Positions 48,865 through 61,210 of a stretch of 64,000 bases of DNA are shown piece by piece. The notes under the pieces are model-generated. The model ran no database searches and was not told the DNA's origin. It saw only the letters and a list, made by a program, of their open reading frames with translations. The position numbers and the translations under genes were made by a program. Numbering within the stretch: position 1 is the first letter of the stretch; every line of letters begins with the position of its first letter. The stretch comes from Vicugna vicugna (lineage: Eukaryota): positions 2,551,308 to 2,615,307 of the forward strand of contig MU061578.1 in NCBI GenBank assembly GCA_013265495.1. Direction: 5' to 3'.

Positions 48865-50050
48865 AGTCCTGGCAGGGAGACTTCCCCTTCTGAAAACTCT
48901 TCTAGACAATTAACCCAGCAGCTCCACTTGAGGTGCCTAACTGGCCTCTCAAACTGACCATGGTTCAAACTCCATATCCCCACAAAATGTCCCTCTTCTA
49001 GCCCCCTCTGTCTCCACAAATGGGGCCACCATTTGCCTACTGCCTCAAGCAGGCCCAGCTGCATAATTTGAAGACCCAGTGCAAATAAAGTACGAAATCC
49101 TGCGTTCAAAATTATTATGAATTTCAAGATGGCTTCAGCAGAGCATTAAACCAATCACTGGTGCCCTGGAAGTGCTGGGCCCCATGCCACTGTACAGATT
49201 GCATATCCATGAAGCTAGCCCTGGGCTCAAGTCAAAAAACCTATGAGATGTTACAATTTCTCTCCCCATCTCACATCCAACCTATCGGCAAGTGTTGTCA
49301 GCTCCAACTCTAAATATATCCTGAACCCACAATTTTTCACTAGCTCCGTCATGACCACCTCATTTTAGCCATCATGATCTCTCTCCTAGACCATATTGCA
49401 GCAACCTCCTAAGTGGGCTCCCTGGTTCTCTCTCTCCCCTCAACAGCCTACTCTTTGAACAGCAGCCAGTGCAACTGCTCAACATGAATCAGACCATGTT
49501 ATTCCCTGCTCAAAACTCTCTAATGGCTTCCCATCAGCACAAAGCAAAATCTCAACTCCTTACCATGATCTAAGAGGCCCTGCATGATCTGGTCCTTATC
49601 TCCCTCTCCAATCTCATCTCCCCCTACTTCTCTTTCACTCACTCTGCTTCAGCTACACTGGCCTTCTTATTTGATCTCAAATACACCAAGCTTGTTGCTG
49701 CCTCAGGGCCTTTGCACTTGGTGTTCCTTCCACCTGGAACACTCATCCCTCAGAAGAGTATTTTATTTATTTTGCTCCCCTGTATCATACAGGTCTCTGC
49801 TTGACTGTTATCTCCTCCAAGAAGATGTCCCTGAAATCTTTTCTAAAATAGCCATATACCTCCCTCACTCTCTTCCCATTCACCCAGCCTTATTTTTCTT
49901 CTGAACACTTGTCACTGCCTGGATTTGTATAATTTGTTTGTCTTGCTTCTTTGCCATTTTGTCTTCCACACTAGACATCTGACCTGCTGTGTATTCATCA
50001 CAGTGTCTCTAGCACCTTGGACAGTGCTTGGCATACGTCACACTTAAAAC
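48865..50050 (+). mobile_element. L2a, ~1 kb 3' portion
   Basis: ctccacttgaggtgcctaactggcctctcaaact...acagcagccag...ctgctcaaaactctctaatggcttccca...cctgcatgatctgg...ctgcctcagggcctttgcactt...acagtgcttggca. Confidence 0.9.
49050..49223 (-). mobile_element. MER45A (hAT-Tip100 MITE), full length, nested in L2
   Basis: Terminal inverted repeats caggcccagct / agctagccctg; 8-bp TSD gcctcaag (49042-49049) / ggctcaag (49224-49231). Confidence 0.9.
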
Positions 50051-50229
50051 TATTAGTTGCTGTTCCATGTATATATATGCCTTGATTTATATCAAATTTA
50101 GTGGATGTTTCCTAGGCATAAGGGCCAGTTAGTTCACCTTTCCAAAACCTTTAAATTGCTGAACTCAATTCCACCCATAAACTAGATGCTTCACGAATAT
50201 GTTTATTAACTATTACCAAAAACGTCTCC

Positions 50230-50400
50230 TAGTTCAGGAATGACTGATGTCAGCTCCCATGGCAGGCATCACTAACAGATCAAAGAATTCTTTCCCACTA
50301 AGCAGGGCACATTCTCAGAATCCTTCTCAAAACAGCCTCCCAAGAAACCTCGACTAATAATAAAAGTTTATGCTTAAAGCAATATTTTAGTACCTCTACA
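50230..50400 (-). mobile_element. MER117-like hAT MITE remnant
   Basis: cccatggcaggcatcactaacagatca...tctttccc...ctcagaatccttctcaa. Confidence 0.5.
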
Positions 50401-51149
50401 CTAACTTAACAATATGAAGAAAAAGGTTTGAAAATCACTAATCTGATTCAATTGCCACCCTCCACCCCAGTTTTTAACACATAGTCTTCTTAATAGGCTA
50501 AGGATAGTACATGAATGCAGCCACACAATGTACTCTGGGTTTATGGGCAAAGAACAGCCCTGGATGTGGAAAATTGTCTTTTGTCATAATTCAACCTAGA
50601 GCAAGTTAAACTTTTGCTGGAGAAATTCACTTAAAATAAAATAACAGAAAAATAAACAAATATTTATTTATTCTAAGGTAATTCAAATATATTCCCATGT
50701 TGATTTTACTGACACTGCTCACTGGGAAAACAGACCACTTACCTTTCTCTACTTATTTCTAAATAGCTTGGAATTTAAATCTGGTACCACTCCAAGGTCT
50801 AATGAGATTCCCAGGGTCACCTGAAACTTGGGATATGGGTCCTCACCTTCAGCCTCCCATCAACCTGTAGCCACCTTGGGTCCTGTGGCTCCTTCTCAGT
50901 CCCAGGGAAGGAAATCTCTCCCACTTGGCTCCCAAAGCATACTTGTCTGAGCTCCAGCGCCCCGCACTGGAAGGTTCACAATCACACCTGACCCAATCAC
51001 TCTGTCCATTTTTCTCTGAGGACTCGCCATCAAGGTTGGCTCTAGCCTTTGGTGAAACCTAAATTCTTCACCATAAACTAACTTGAGTCAGCATTGTGGT
51101 TGATTAAGTAGTTATAACATACTAAATATTGCAGTAACAGTAATGTCTC

Positions 51150-51560
51150 ATACAACCCAGTGGCAGGAGGGGCAGATAGACTCCAGGGAAAGTTATCACA
51201 AAAGTTACTCTCACCACCTATCTGGGAGCTAGTGATCTTAGTTTCTGCTTCTCTCTCCAGATACTTCATTTTCTTTCTGCAAATCAGTTGTCCCTGCTTC
51301 TCCTTGACAAGAAATATCCAACTCACAGCTCTCAAGTTCACACAGAGAAGCAATGGTAGAAATCAACAAGCATCTCTACTTCCCAATTATAAATTCCCAG
51401 GAGAGAGAATCTGATTGGTCCAGCTTAGGTCATGAGCCCATCTCTTGTCCAATCAGCTATGGCCAAGAGTCTGCCATCATGGGGGAAAAAACATGGCTAC
51501 CAAGGCACACCATGAGGTTCTGTCCTCATAGAAGAGGAGTTGTTACCTGGGAAGGGTTAA
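51150..51560 (-). mobile_element. MLT1J/K-like LTR fragment
   Basis: agagagaatctgattggtccagcttaggtcatgagcccatctcttgtccaatcagctatggcca. Confidence 0.65.
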
Positions 51561-52879
51561 TAACAACCATAATGGCCAGCATGATCATCCCAAAAGGCAC
51601 TTCTTATTCTCAACTATGCAGTCAGGCACAGAGTTCATGAGCCTGAAGAAAAATTCATCTCTTCGGGAATTATATTGTCAATTTATCCATTGAGTTACAT
51701 TGAGGTAAGATGATCATGATTTCCAAACCAGACACTCAACAACATTTATTAGGCAAATATTTGTTGAGCACCTAATCCTATGCCAGATATTGTCTGAGGA
51801 ACCAGACTACAACAAAACTCACAGAAATATTACATTATTACATAGTCTGAGAAGAGGCTATTTTAATATCTGCTTTTACTTATGCAAAACTAAAAGCCTT
51901 TAAAGGGTCTATAAATTAATCCATATACTTAGCAAATCACCTTACCTGAATATATATTATGAAATCAGAATGAACTGTTTAAATCTGATGCATGGGCCCA
52001 CCAATACCCAGGTTGCAACCACAAGGAAAGGAGAGTGGTCTTTGGGAAAACTCACCATTACACATTGTCAGAATTTAAAAAGAAATACCTTAAACACACC
52101 CCAACAGGCCAACACCCCTGAGAGGTAAAGGGAGAGTTTCTCACAGACCCAATCGACAGCCCCACCAGCCCCACAAGCCCAGTCAGGGGAGGTTCTTTCA
52201 TCACCAAACCATCTGTACTGTCTAAACCCCAGACTGTGGAGGCAGCTGTTTGCAGGTCGGCCATCTCCCCTGCTCTGCAAAGAGCTCCTCTGCTCCCTAC
52301 GCACTTGGAGAGCAAAGAGCAAGAGTTTGGCTGCCTCTCTCCAACTGGGCTTGGAAAGCAATTAATTTGGCGCCTCTTAAATCTCCCTGCACTCCAGCAA
52401 GGAAGGTACTTATGGTTGTAGGACGCAGCCAGTGAGAGAAGAGAAGGCATCTCATACATCCCCAGTGGAAGGAGTAATCTATAAATCCATTAGCTCTGGC
52501 ATCTGAGAAGATAAAGCAGTCTTTCAAAAAGCCATGAGCACATTTAAAGTCCACCTGAGAGTCATGAGTGAAGGTGAGGCTGGCCCAGGAGCTCATGACT
52601 GTAGGATAGGGCGCTGGCTGGTCCAAGCCCTATCCATTTCTGGAGGCTGTACCCATAGGAGGGTTATGCTTCTCTTTCAGCTTCATGAATGAGCCATCAC
52701 TACCAATCTCCAAGGGCAGCTGAGCACACTTTGAAGCAGGTGAAGAAAGAAGTTCCTTGGCAAGGGGCCAGGAGGCAAGTTCAAGTGTGCACAGAGGAGG
52801 CAAGGCATACTGTTTTCCCCTGCCCCTACCCGAGAGGCTACAGGACCAGGATCAAGCTCTCCACAGCACTGATGGCTGA

Positions 52880-53110
52880 CAGCCCATACGTGCTGAGACC
52901 AACTCTAAGCCTGGAGAAGGGATGGCGCCCCCACGCAGGATCTCATCCAACCCTCAGAACAAGTCTGTAAGGGAAGTCTGGTATGATCTCTGGTTTACAG
53001 ATGAGAAAACATGGGACTCAGAGACAGGACTCACTAGCTTGCCCAATATCACACAGATAGTAAAAGTAAATAAATAAATGACTCCAGGGCCTGTGTCTGA
53101 ATCACTACCT
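52880..53110 (-). mobile_element. MIR SINE
   Basis: tttacagatgagaaaac...gcttgcccaatatcacacagatagtaa. Confidence 0.75.
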
Positions 53111-53294
53111 TGCAAGCAAGGGAAATGCCCAAGAAGAGACCTGCCTCCAGCCTCTAGTCCTTGCCCATTTCTAAGGTTTCAGTGCTGCTCCCTCAGAGAG
53201 CGGTAGGACAGGTATTCTCTCCGTTCTTCAGATCTGCAAGATAAGTTTCCGGCACCTTAAAGGACAGATAAGCCCCAACTCAAGAGAATGCAGC

Positions 53295-53530
53295 AATAAG
53301 GAGTTCACAGACTGGGGTCACATCTCCTGTTGTTAACTCCTCGCTGTGGTACCTTGGGAAGGTCACTTAACCTCTCTGAGCCTCAGTTTTCTCACCTGTA
53401 GAATGGGGCTAATGATAACCTATACATCCTAGCCTTGCTGGGAGGATTATATGAAACAAAGTCTGCCAAGAGCTTGGCAGAGTGCTTGGCTTAAGGGACG
53501 AGTCCATAGATGGCAGATATGATCATCATC
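53295..53530 (+). mobile_element. MIR SINE
   Basis: accttgggaaggtcacttaacctctctgagcctcagttttctcacctgtagaatgggg. Confidence 0.9.
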
Positions 53531-53584
53531 ACCATGAGCAACACCCCAAAGTTTCAATAGTCTGAGGACATCCTATGATAGGAT

Positions 53585-53735
53585 CCATTCACTCATTCTT
53601 GCAATAACTATTTACTGAACACTGGCTAAGTGCCAGGCATATTGTTGGGTCCTCTAGTCACAGTGGTGAGTGAAGAGGATTCAGTCCCATAGTCCCTGCT
53701 CCCGCCAAGCTTACCATCTAGTGGAAGAGATAAAA
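53585..53735 (-). mobile_element. L2 3' end
   Basis: cattcactcattc...tatttactgaacact...gtgccaggca...gtccctgctc...agcttaccatctagtgg. Confidence 0.8.
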
Positions 53736-54029
53736 ACAAAATCTAGCATCTTTCCATTTTGTCTCCTAATCTGGTCATTCATGTACAATGGAGAAAATGG
53801 AGATGACAGCAAATCACTGGCCCCCCAAGGTCCCAAATGATGGGGGAAGGCAGCCCCCACCTTTCTCCCTCTTCAGTCTAAACCCCTGGAAGACCCCAGA
53901 GCCCCCAGATCTTCACCTTTGTCTCACAGCAGCAAGCCACCCAATAAACAGTTTACCCAACAAACATGCCAAAAGGTGAATTTCTGTGATAGATCATAAA
54001 TTGCTATGAACCTATAAGAAAAAGGGAAA

Positions 54030-54840
54030 TTTTTTTAAACTGCTAATCAGGTAAACTGGCACTTTAGTGGGAAGAAAATAACCAAAGAGGTAAGAAATTT
54101 ATAAAACCTAGTCTCAGCAAGGTTGTGAGGTAAGAGACATCCCAAATACGGTCAGTGAGAGCAAAAATTGAAACAGCAACTTTTGGAAGGCATTTTGGTA
54201 AAATTTATCGAAGCTGAAACTGTGCATACCGTTTGACCTAGCAAAGTAAGTCCACTGGGCATCTACCCAACAGGAACATTCAAACAAGTGAACAAAACTA
54301 TTCTTTCAATGCTCTTCATTAGGGCCTCATTCATAATAGCAAAAATAAAACAAAAAACAGGCTAAGTATCCACCAACGGAGAATTGGTAAAGTAAGGTTT
54401 AATATGTTCATTCATACAATGCAATGCTATGCAGCTGTTTTTAAAAATGAGTTAAGTCCATTGAGAAAGAATACTATAATAAGTTACTAGGTGGAAAAAG
54501 CAAATGGCAAAAAGAATAGTATGGATGTTTCTGTAATTGTGTATATGTGTGTTATGTCAGCACAGAAAAAAACCTAGAAGGACCATATTAAATTGTTATA
54601 AATGGTACTTCTTAAGAGTGGAATCTGGTGGAGAATAGGGAGATCTTTTAGTTTTTACCTTCTACATTGCTGAATTTTCCAAAAACATTTTACAAATTAA
54701 TATGTTAGCACTCATAATTTAAAAATATATTTCAGTCAATTTGGTACATTTACCAATAATCATTGAATTGTATGCTTAAAATGGGTCAATTTTATGGTAT
54801 ATAAATCATGCCTCAATAAAGTTGCTTTTTAAAAAAGAGA
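54030..54840 (+). mobile_element. L1ME-type 3' fragment plus a short L1M tail
   Basis: acttttggaaggcattttgg...tgcataccgtttgacctagcaa...atgctatgcagctgttt...cattgaattgtatgcttaaaatggg...cctcaataaag. Confidence 0.8.
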
Positions 54841-55764
54841 AATCACATATGTGTTCAATGTTCAATATTTATTCAGCAACCATTATGTGTTAGACACTCT
54901 TCAAGGCTTTGGGGGAAGAATAATAGATAAGACAGACAAAATCCTGGCCCTCAAGAAGCTTACATTGTAAGCAGAAAGATTTCATTGTATTGAAATTACC
55001 TTCTATTAAAGCATTTCATTCTATTTGCAATCTCAGAAACATGAGACATATAACTGGAAATACATATTTCTTAAACATATGACCATGCTTGGCCTATTAG
55101 GGCATAAGAAGACACAAAGGATAATAATCATATCTTACTTCTGAAAAGCACTTCTCAGTTTCCACAGGTTCCCTATCATCCGCTGACCAACTCAGCAAGA
55201 ATCTAATAAGGCATCACCACTGCTCGTGTGCTGGGGAGACAAATGCATCAAAGGTCATGCAGCTGAGACGAGAATAAAATCATGTTCCAATTAGATGGCA
55301 CCAGCACCGCCTCATGAAATGCCAAGTGTGTGGCCTGGCGAGTAAGTTCAAAAAGGTCACCGTGGATGCGAAAGCCCTGGGAAGTCTCAGGAGAGGGGGT
55401 TCAGAGGCTGAGAGGGGTCTGTCCCAGAGGGAGCAAAAAGAGACATCTGTCCTGGATCAGAATACGTGAAGGGCCTCACATTTAGACTTCCGGTATTATC
55501 TCCAGGTTCGATTACAGGGAACTACCGAGATCCACAGACAGTACTGAGAGAAAAATGCCATTGTCCAACCTTAACTTCTGTCACTTTGCCAGACCACATC
55601 ACCAGACCACACTCTGAGCCAATTTGTTCTTATAAATTCTATAATTACACTGTAGAGGGAACAATTGGATTATGTTGATTGTGTGCATGTGTGTACCAGA
55701 AGTGTGCCAGAAGTTTAATAATTTAAAATATACCACAGCTTGTTTAACCCGATTTTTGAATTAC

Positions 55765-55825
55765 TTCTCCTTCCTTCCTCCCTTCCTTCCTTCCTCCCTC
55801 CCTTCTTCTCCTCCCTCTTCATCTT
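55765..55825. repeat. (CCTT)n/(CCT)-rich pyrimidine tract
   Basis: Seen directly. Confidence 0.85.
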
Positions 55826-56065
55826 CTTTAATTTACTAGAATCCTCTAAAACTAGACATGGCCCAGACATTGCTTGACCCCTATGAGAAGCTCTAGATCT
55901 GAGTTGGTCCCAGGAAAGGGGAGAAGAACATACTCTTAGGAACCTGCCTCCTCCCAAGAGAATCTAGGGTCCCTGGGGACATTTTGCATCTGCAGGCCTT
56001 CAACCAAATCCAGAGGAGGCAGAGAAGGGGCAGACCCAGTGAGGAACGTCTCTTTCATACATAGT

Positions 56066-56275
56066 CAGGGAATCAGCAAACTTTTCTTATAAATGGCCAG
56101 ACAGGAAATACTTTAGGCTTTGGACCTGATGGTCTGTGTTGATTACTCAACTCTACATTGGACTTGAAAGCAGCCATACACGGAGTGCACACGAATGGGT
56201 GGCGTGATCGTGTTCCAATAAAACCTGATTTACAAAAACAGGCCTCAGATCAGATTTGGCTCACAGACCCTCGTA
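56066..56275 (-). mobile_element. MER58A
   Basis: cagggaatcagcaaacttttc...ggccagacaggaaatactttaggcttt...tactcaactct...aaagcagccata...tgttccaataaaac...tttacaaaaacagg. Confidence 0.88.
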
Positions 56276-56544
56276 TTTAATGATCAATATAATCTTTCTA
56301 ATGTAATCTGATGAAAGAAAACCTGTCTCCACCTGGCCACTTAAAAACAGAAAGTAACAGTGCTGGTTTATTTACACCCACCTGGAGGCCAGGCCATATC
56401 TATAAAGAGGGTGATAACAGAGAGCAGGTACCGCACATAGAAATGAGACTCTGGATCACCTTAGTGGTAAAGAAAGGCATCTTATATTAGTTTGATTAAA
56501 TAATTACAGTTTAATGCTCTCTTCTTCCTGATATTCTTAGTTGC

Positions 56545-56720
56545 TGTATTTCATTGCATCTAAGATATCATCGGTTTTAAAATGCAGTATTATTTTAGGA
56601 ACCACTAAGAAAGATAAAGCACGGACAATTAAACTATGACAATGTCAACCTAATCTGAGACACATATATATCAAAATGTAGGGGGAAAGGCAGTACGTCT
56701 TAGAAGCATTAAGATATGCT
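56545..56720. mobile_element. TcMar/Tigger-type MITE remnant
   Basis: ctgtatttcattgcatctaagat...accactaagaaag...aattaaactatgac...cgtcttagaagc; imperfect inverted ends. Confidence 0.55.
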
Positions 56721-56762
56721 TGACGAACACAAATTCAGTAACCTAGAATTACGTCTTCTTTT

Positions 56763-57174
56763 ATAAACAGCTTTACTGAAAAATAATTCAGGTACCTTAC
56801 AATTCACTCCTTAAAGTGTACAATTCAGTGGCTTTCAGTATAGATACAGATTTATGCAACCATCACCACAGTTAACTTTGGGATGTTTTCATCACCCCAA
56901 AAAGAAACCTCACACCCCTTAGCCATCACCCTCCAATCCCACTCCTACCTCTAGCCCTAAGCAACCAGTAAACTCCTTTCTCTCCATCAACTGATGAATG
57001 AATAAAATACACGTGGTATATCAAGATGATAGAATATTATTCCACAATGAAAATAAATAAAATCCTGACATAGACTACAACATGGATGAACCCTGAAGAC
57101 ATAATGCTGACTGAAAGAAGCAGACACAAAAGGCCACACAGAGTATGATTCTATTTATATAAAATGTCCAGAAT
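56763..57174 (-). mobile_element. L1MB-type element with 5' inversion (- segment ~56763-56982, + segment ~56983-57174)
   Basis: Antisense 3' end (cagctttactga...aaagtgtacaattcagtgg...catcaccccaaaaagaaacc) joined to the sense upstream part (tccatcaactgatgaatg...acaacatggatgaaccctga...aaatgtccagaat); degenerate TSD at 56745-56762 / 57170-57186. Confidence 0.88.
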
Positions 57175-57877
57175 GCATCTCCTTTTTTATGGATGTGATC
57201 CCAACGAGATTCTGTAGTGAGTAATAATTATAGTCATAACATCATATATGCCAGTTACTGGTGTTCAATGTTCAGAATCAATCTAGAGACAGAGAAGAGA
57301 AGAGAAATGCTACAATAAACCTCACCAACAAAAGTAATAGAAAGCAGACTGGGGAGTGTAGGAGAGGTGGAAGGAAATGGAGAAACACTAATTTCCTTGC
57401 CTTGCCTGGTACGGAGTCCAGAAATACTGCCTAGAGTTAATAAAGACACAGAGTGTGTTATTTCAAGCTACAAAATTAATCATCAGAAGAGAGAGAGATA
57501 AAAATTGGGGTAGGAGGAGAGGTATAGGACAGGGCATGAGCGAAGTCTACCCCTTTCATTCATTTATTCCTATTTATTTCATTCATTCCACAAATATCTA
57601 TACTGAGTTCAAGGCACAAGGTGCAGGGTCAATAAAAAAGCTTTAATGATAAAGAAATAGGAGCATAAGCATGGTTTAGACCCGTGGAGTGGACCTCCAG
57701 AAGAAGTAAAAGCAGGAGGGCTTAAAAGTAATTACTGAGGAGTATGACGCAGCTTGGAGAACAGACAGGTGGATAGGAGGGGCATTTTACTTTTTATTTT
57801 TCACTCCTCTATATCCTTTGAATTTTTATTACCATGCTTGGCTATAATTGTTGTAACAAAAGAAAACAAAGAGGAAA

Positions 57878-58028
57878 ATATATGTATATCTGCACATATA
57901 TTATTTAATATATAGTATATAATACATATTAAGTATGTAGTAGTATATACTACATACAGTTATATGCAATAATTATAATATATAATTACATATTATACAG
58001 TTATTAATTATATCAAATATAATTACAT
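57878..58028. repeat. AT-rich low-complexity tract
   Basis: ~150 bp of mostly TA/TAA; includes the inverted repeat gtatgtagta-gtata-tactacatac. Confidence 0.85.
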
Positions 58029-58544
58029 CTTTTTTTGAGTCTTAAAAGCTTTTCTGGCTTTTAAAAGTCCCCTGTTAAGAAGGAAATGCTCCTGGGTGGG
58101 TGACAACCTAAGTATTGTCATGAAACACCTAAAGGTGATTCTGCTCAAAAGATGCAAAGGAGAAAGGTGGAGATTTACAGGAGTCAGACACAAGAAGGAG
58201 AAAGGGAATCCCAAAAATATCCTGCTCCCAAGTCATTTTGATTAAGGCTGGCCCTGATTTGGGGCTAATTTGAGTCTTTATTTTATATTCAGAGACCTAG
58301 AAATAGGTCCAGATTCTAAAACCCCTCCCCTCTTAGGACCCGACATCTCGAGGGGAAGGAAGAGTTCCTGCCAGGAGGTTACAGAGGTGTTTTGATGGAA
58401 GGGAGGAATTTGCAGACCCCATGGCAGGATAGGGGCAGGACCTGGAGTAGTCATGGTTAACAGCCTGTGGGGCAAGGGCTCCTCCCTCCAGGTGGACATC
58501 TCCTCAGTGACTCCCCAGAGGCCCTCACCTGAGCTGCTGAGATC

Positions 58545-58860
58545 CTGTAGTGGATTGCAGCCTCTGCCCAGCTCTTTATCCCATCCTGCAGCCACACCCT
58601 TTGGCCACGACTCCGTAGCTTCTCTCACTAAAGAGGGAGAAGCCTCTTTCCCCACGCCTGACTTGTGTTTGGCCATGTGACTGGCTTTGGCCAATGGAAT
58701 GTCAACAAACTTGATGTCACCGAAGGCTTCAAAAGAGCTCATGTGATTGGCCTGTGCTGTTACCTGGGAACACGCCCAGACTAGCCCACTGGTCCCAGAA
58801 CAGATGGGGAGCAGACAAATGTTTGGAACAGAACAACCCCCAAGCCCAGTCCCCATCTGG
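58545..58860 (+). mobile_element. MLT1G/H-like LTR fragment
   Basis: tgtagtggattgca...ccacaccctttggc...ttggccatgtgactggctttggccaatggaatgt...cagactagcccactggtccca. Confidence 0.7.
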
Positions 58861-59313
58861 ATTTTCCCACCCCCACTTGACCATCACACACACGTAGGAG
58901 GAACTGGGTGAGACCTAGAATCAAGGCAGGGCCTGATTTTCTCTCTCTGGGGCCATGTGGTCTCATCTCTATGTAGGTTTCACATCTCCCCCCTGATTCC
59001 TGGATGTGGAAATCTGATTGGCCCAGCTTCAGTTTGGTGGCCACTTTTAGGCCAATCAGCTGTGGCCAGGGGGTGGGCTTAAGTGGCCCGTTGACAGCTC
59101 AGCATAAGCCTGGCACCAGCCAGGACTGAGCATGGCTGGACATTTCCATATTATCTCTGTCAGGTGCAGACCAGGGGTTTGGTAGACCTTAAGAACTGTG
59201 TGTTTAATTGAATTAAATAGCCTTTAAAAAAAAAAAAACTCTGACTTCTGTGGTCTCTGTCTATGGGCATTAACAATTCTTTGCCTTCAAGACTGAGTTT
59301 TCCTTGAAGGCAT

Positions 59314-59722
59314 TATATTAGTTTGCTAGGGCTGCCATAATAAAGCATCACAGACTGGGGGCTTAAACAACAGAAACGTATTTTGTCACAGTTCTGGAAG
59401 CTAGACGTTCAAGATGAGGGTGTCAGCAGGGTTGGTTTATGATAAGACCTCTCTCCTTGGCTTGCAGATGGCCACCTTCTCACTGTGTCCTCAAGAGGAC
59501 TTCCCTCTATGTGTGCATTCCTGGTATCCCTTATGTGTCCAAACTTTTTCTTATGATGAAACTGGTCAGAATGGATTAGGGCCCACCCTAATAGCCTCAT
59601 TTAACTTAATTACCTCTTTAAAGGCCCTGTCTCTAAATACAGTCACATTTGGACCCTGCAGGGCTCAGGAATTAGAGCTCCTACATATACATGGGAGGGA
59701 GGGCCCCATTCAGCCCCCAATG
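59314..59722 (-). mobile_element. MLT1B-like solo LTR
   Basis: tattagtttgctagggctgccataataaag...ggcttaaacaacagaaa...ctctctccttggcttgcagatggccaccttctc...ggattagggcccacccta. Confidence 0.92.
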
Positions 59723-60449
59723 AGCCTGAAAGGTTTTGATTTAGCCAGAGAAATCACTGGTCCTGGTGCCTGACTCCTAAGCAATGTGGAGCCATGTTTG
59801 GTTTAGAGCTTTCTTGTCCCCACGCAGGGCCTTCAACTCTTCTGAAATCTCTCTCCCTCTCCCCTAGGATTCTCCTCATTCTTGGAAACAACCACACTCA
59901 GAAAGATGTAAACCCAGGGAAGGATGACACCATTCTTAAGCCTTACTTCTGAGCAGTCCCAACCACAGACCACGGCAGCTTGCGAGGAGAAGTTTTAGCT
60001 ATGAATAAGGCTGCCAGTGGCTTTACAAGGGATAGTAAGAAGAAAATTATCTTCCTGAATTTCGTTTTCATTTTGGTTTAATGAGTTAAGAGACTTTCAT
60101 TTTGCAAAGTAGGGCAGCTCACAGCTGAGACCAGGGATTTGGGTAGGGGGATGCAGCTCTGCTGTTTCCAAAGTTAGGAGGCTTGGCCCCCCACATATAG
60201 TGGGGAGGTAGGGGGAGGGCATTTGCCAATCAGGGTCCCAGGAACTGATTGAGAAGACTAGGGTATTTCTGCGGGCTAAAATTAAGCAGTGGCAGCTGCA
60301 ACGTTAACATTTGCGTGTTTCAAAGCCAGGCAGTGTCAAGACTTGAATTAAACCAGTGAATGCTCTTTTAATTGGACCCAGCTTGAGACAATTCTGATCA
60401 TTTCCTGGGACTGAAAGCTTATGTCCTATTTTAAACTCGGATTCTTAAG

Positions 60450-60690
60450 AGAGTGGTCCTCAGACTTCCTCAAACTTTTAAGGGGCTTCAGAATCACTCA
60501 GGACTCTGTGGGAAACGCAGATTCCCTGGGTCCCCTTGACCTCACCCCACCCAGAGATGCAGGTTCTACAGACAAGGACAGGGTCCCGGGGACAAGATCC
60601 AATTAACACTGGCGTAGGATCCTGCTTATTTCACAAGTCCTAGGGCATTTTTATGCAGGGGGTCCATAATCCAGAGTGTCAGAATTTCTG
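60450..60690. mobile_element. MER5-family MITE
   Basis: ctcaaactt...tcagaatcactcagga...gcagattccctggg...ccacccagagat...tttcacaag. Confidence 0.55.
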
Positions 60691-60789
60691 AATGAAAATT
60701 TATTCAATGATTACTCAGAATCTGCTGGTCCCAGTTCTTTCATAAGTAACAGTAAACGTTCTTCTGCTAGATCGGGCCCTCATCCTCAG

Positions 60790-60980
60790 CACTTCTGACT
60801 CTGTCCTCTTCTACTTTTCCCATAGCACTTAATCACCTTCTAACATATTCCAGCAATCAGTGTCTCCCTGAATCAGAACATCTGCTCTACAAGGCAATTT
60901 TCTTGTATTTGTTCCTGGCTGCATCCTTAGTTCCTAGCACAGTGCTTGGTACGCAGTACTCCCTTGATGTTACTTACTTA
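60790..60980 (+). mobile_element. L2 3' end
   Basis: catagcacttaatcaccttctaacata...tgttcctggctgcatcc...cctagcacagtgcttggtac. Confidence 0.75.
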
Positions 60981-61070
60981 ATTAATTAATACTTTATAGA
61001 GTCCATGCTGTGCTTTCTGCTGATATAACATTCATCATTTGGATGCCTAATGTTAAGATGGAATTAGCAA

Positions 61071-61210
61071 GGGGGGAGGGTATAGCTCAAATGATAGAGC
61101 GCATGCTTAGCATGCATGAGGTCCTGGGTTCATTTCCCAGTACCTCCTCTAAAAATAAATAAACCTAATTACCTCCCCCTGCCAAAAAAAGAAATTAATT
61201 AATTTTTTAA
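61071..61210 (+). mobile_element. Camelid tRNA-derived SINE (vic-1-like)
   Basis: ggggagggtatagctcaaatgatagagcgcatgcttagcatgcatgaggtcctgggttcatttcccagtacctcc (tRNA-like with Pol III A/B boxes) + aaataaataaacctaattacctcccc + A-rich tail; 15-bp TSD aagatggaattagca (61055-61069) / aagatgaaattagca (61211-61225). Confidence 0.92.

Noticed and set aside
50737..50820. Strong minus-strand donor AAG|GTAAGT
   Set aside because: No convincing upstream acceptor or recognisable reading frame; isolated donors are common.
51622..51703. Possible + strand coding exon (AG...GAG|GTAAGA; one open frame, RHRVHEPEEKFISSGIILSIYPLSYIE)
   Set aside because: Peptide not recognised, modest acceptor, and no partner exons found.
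55287..55302. Second CTCF-like motif (CAATTAGATGGCACC)
   Set aside because: Mismatches at conserved 5' core positions; too weak without data.
58278..58856. 192-aa minus-strand ORF
   Set aside because: It largely overlaps an MLT1 LTR remnant and resembles no protein family I know.
61071..61147. tRNA gene
   Set aside because: The tail, A-rich end and TSD show that it is a tRNA-derived SINE.
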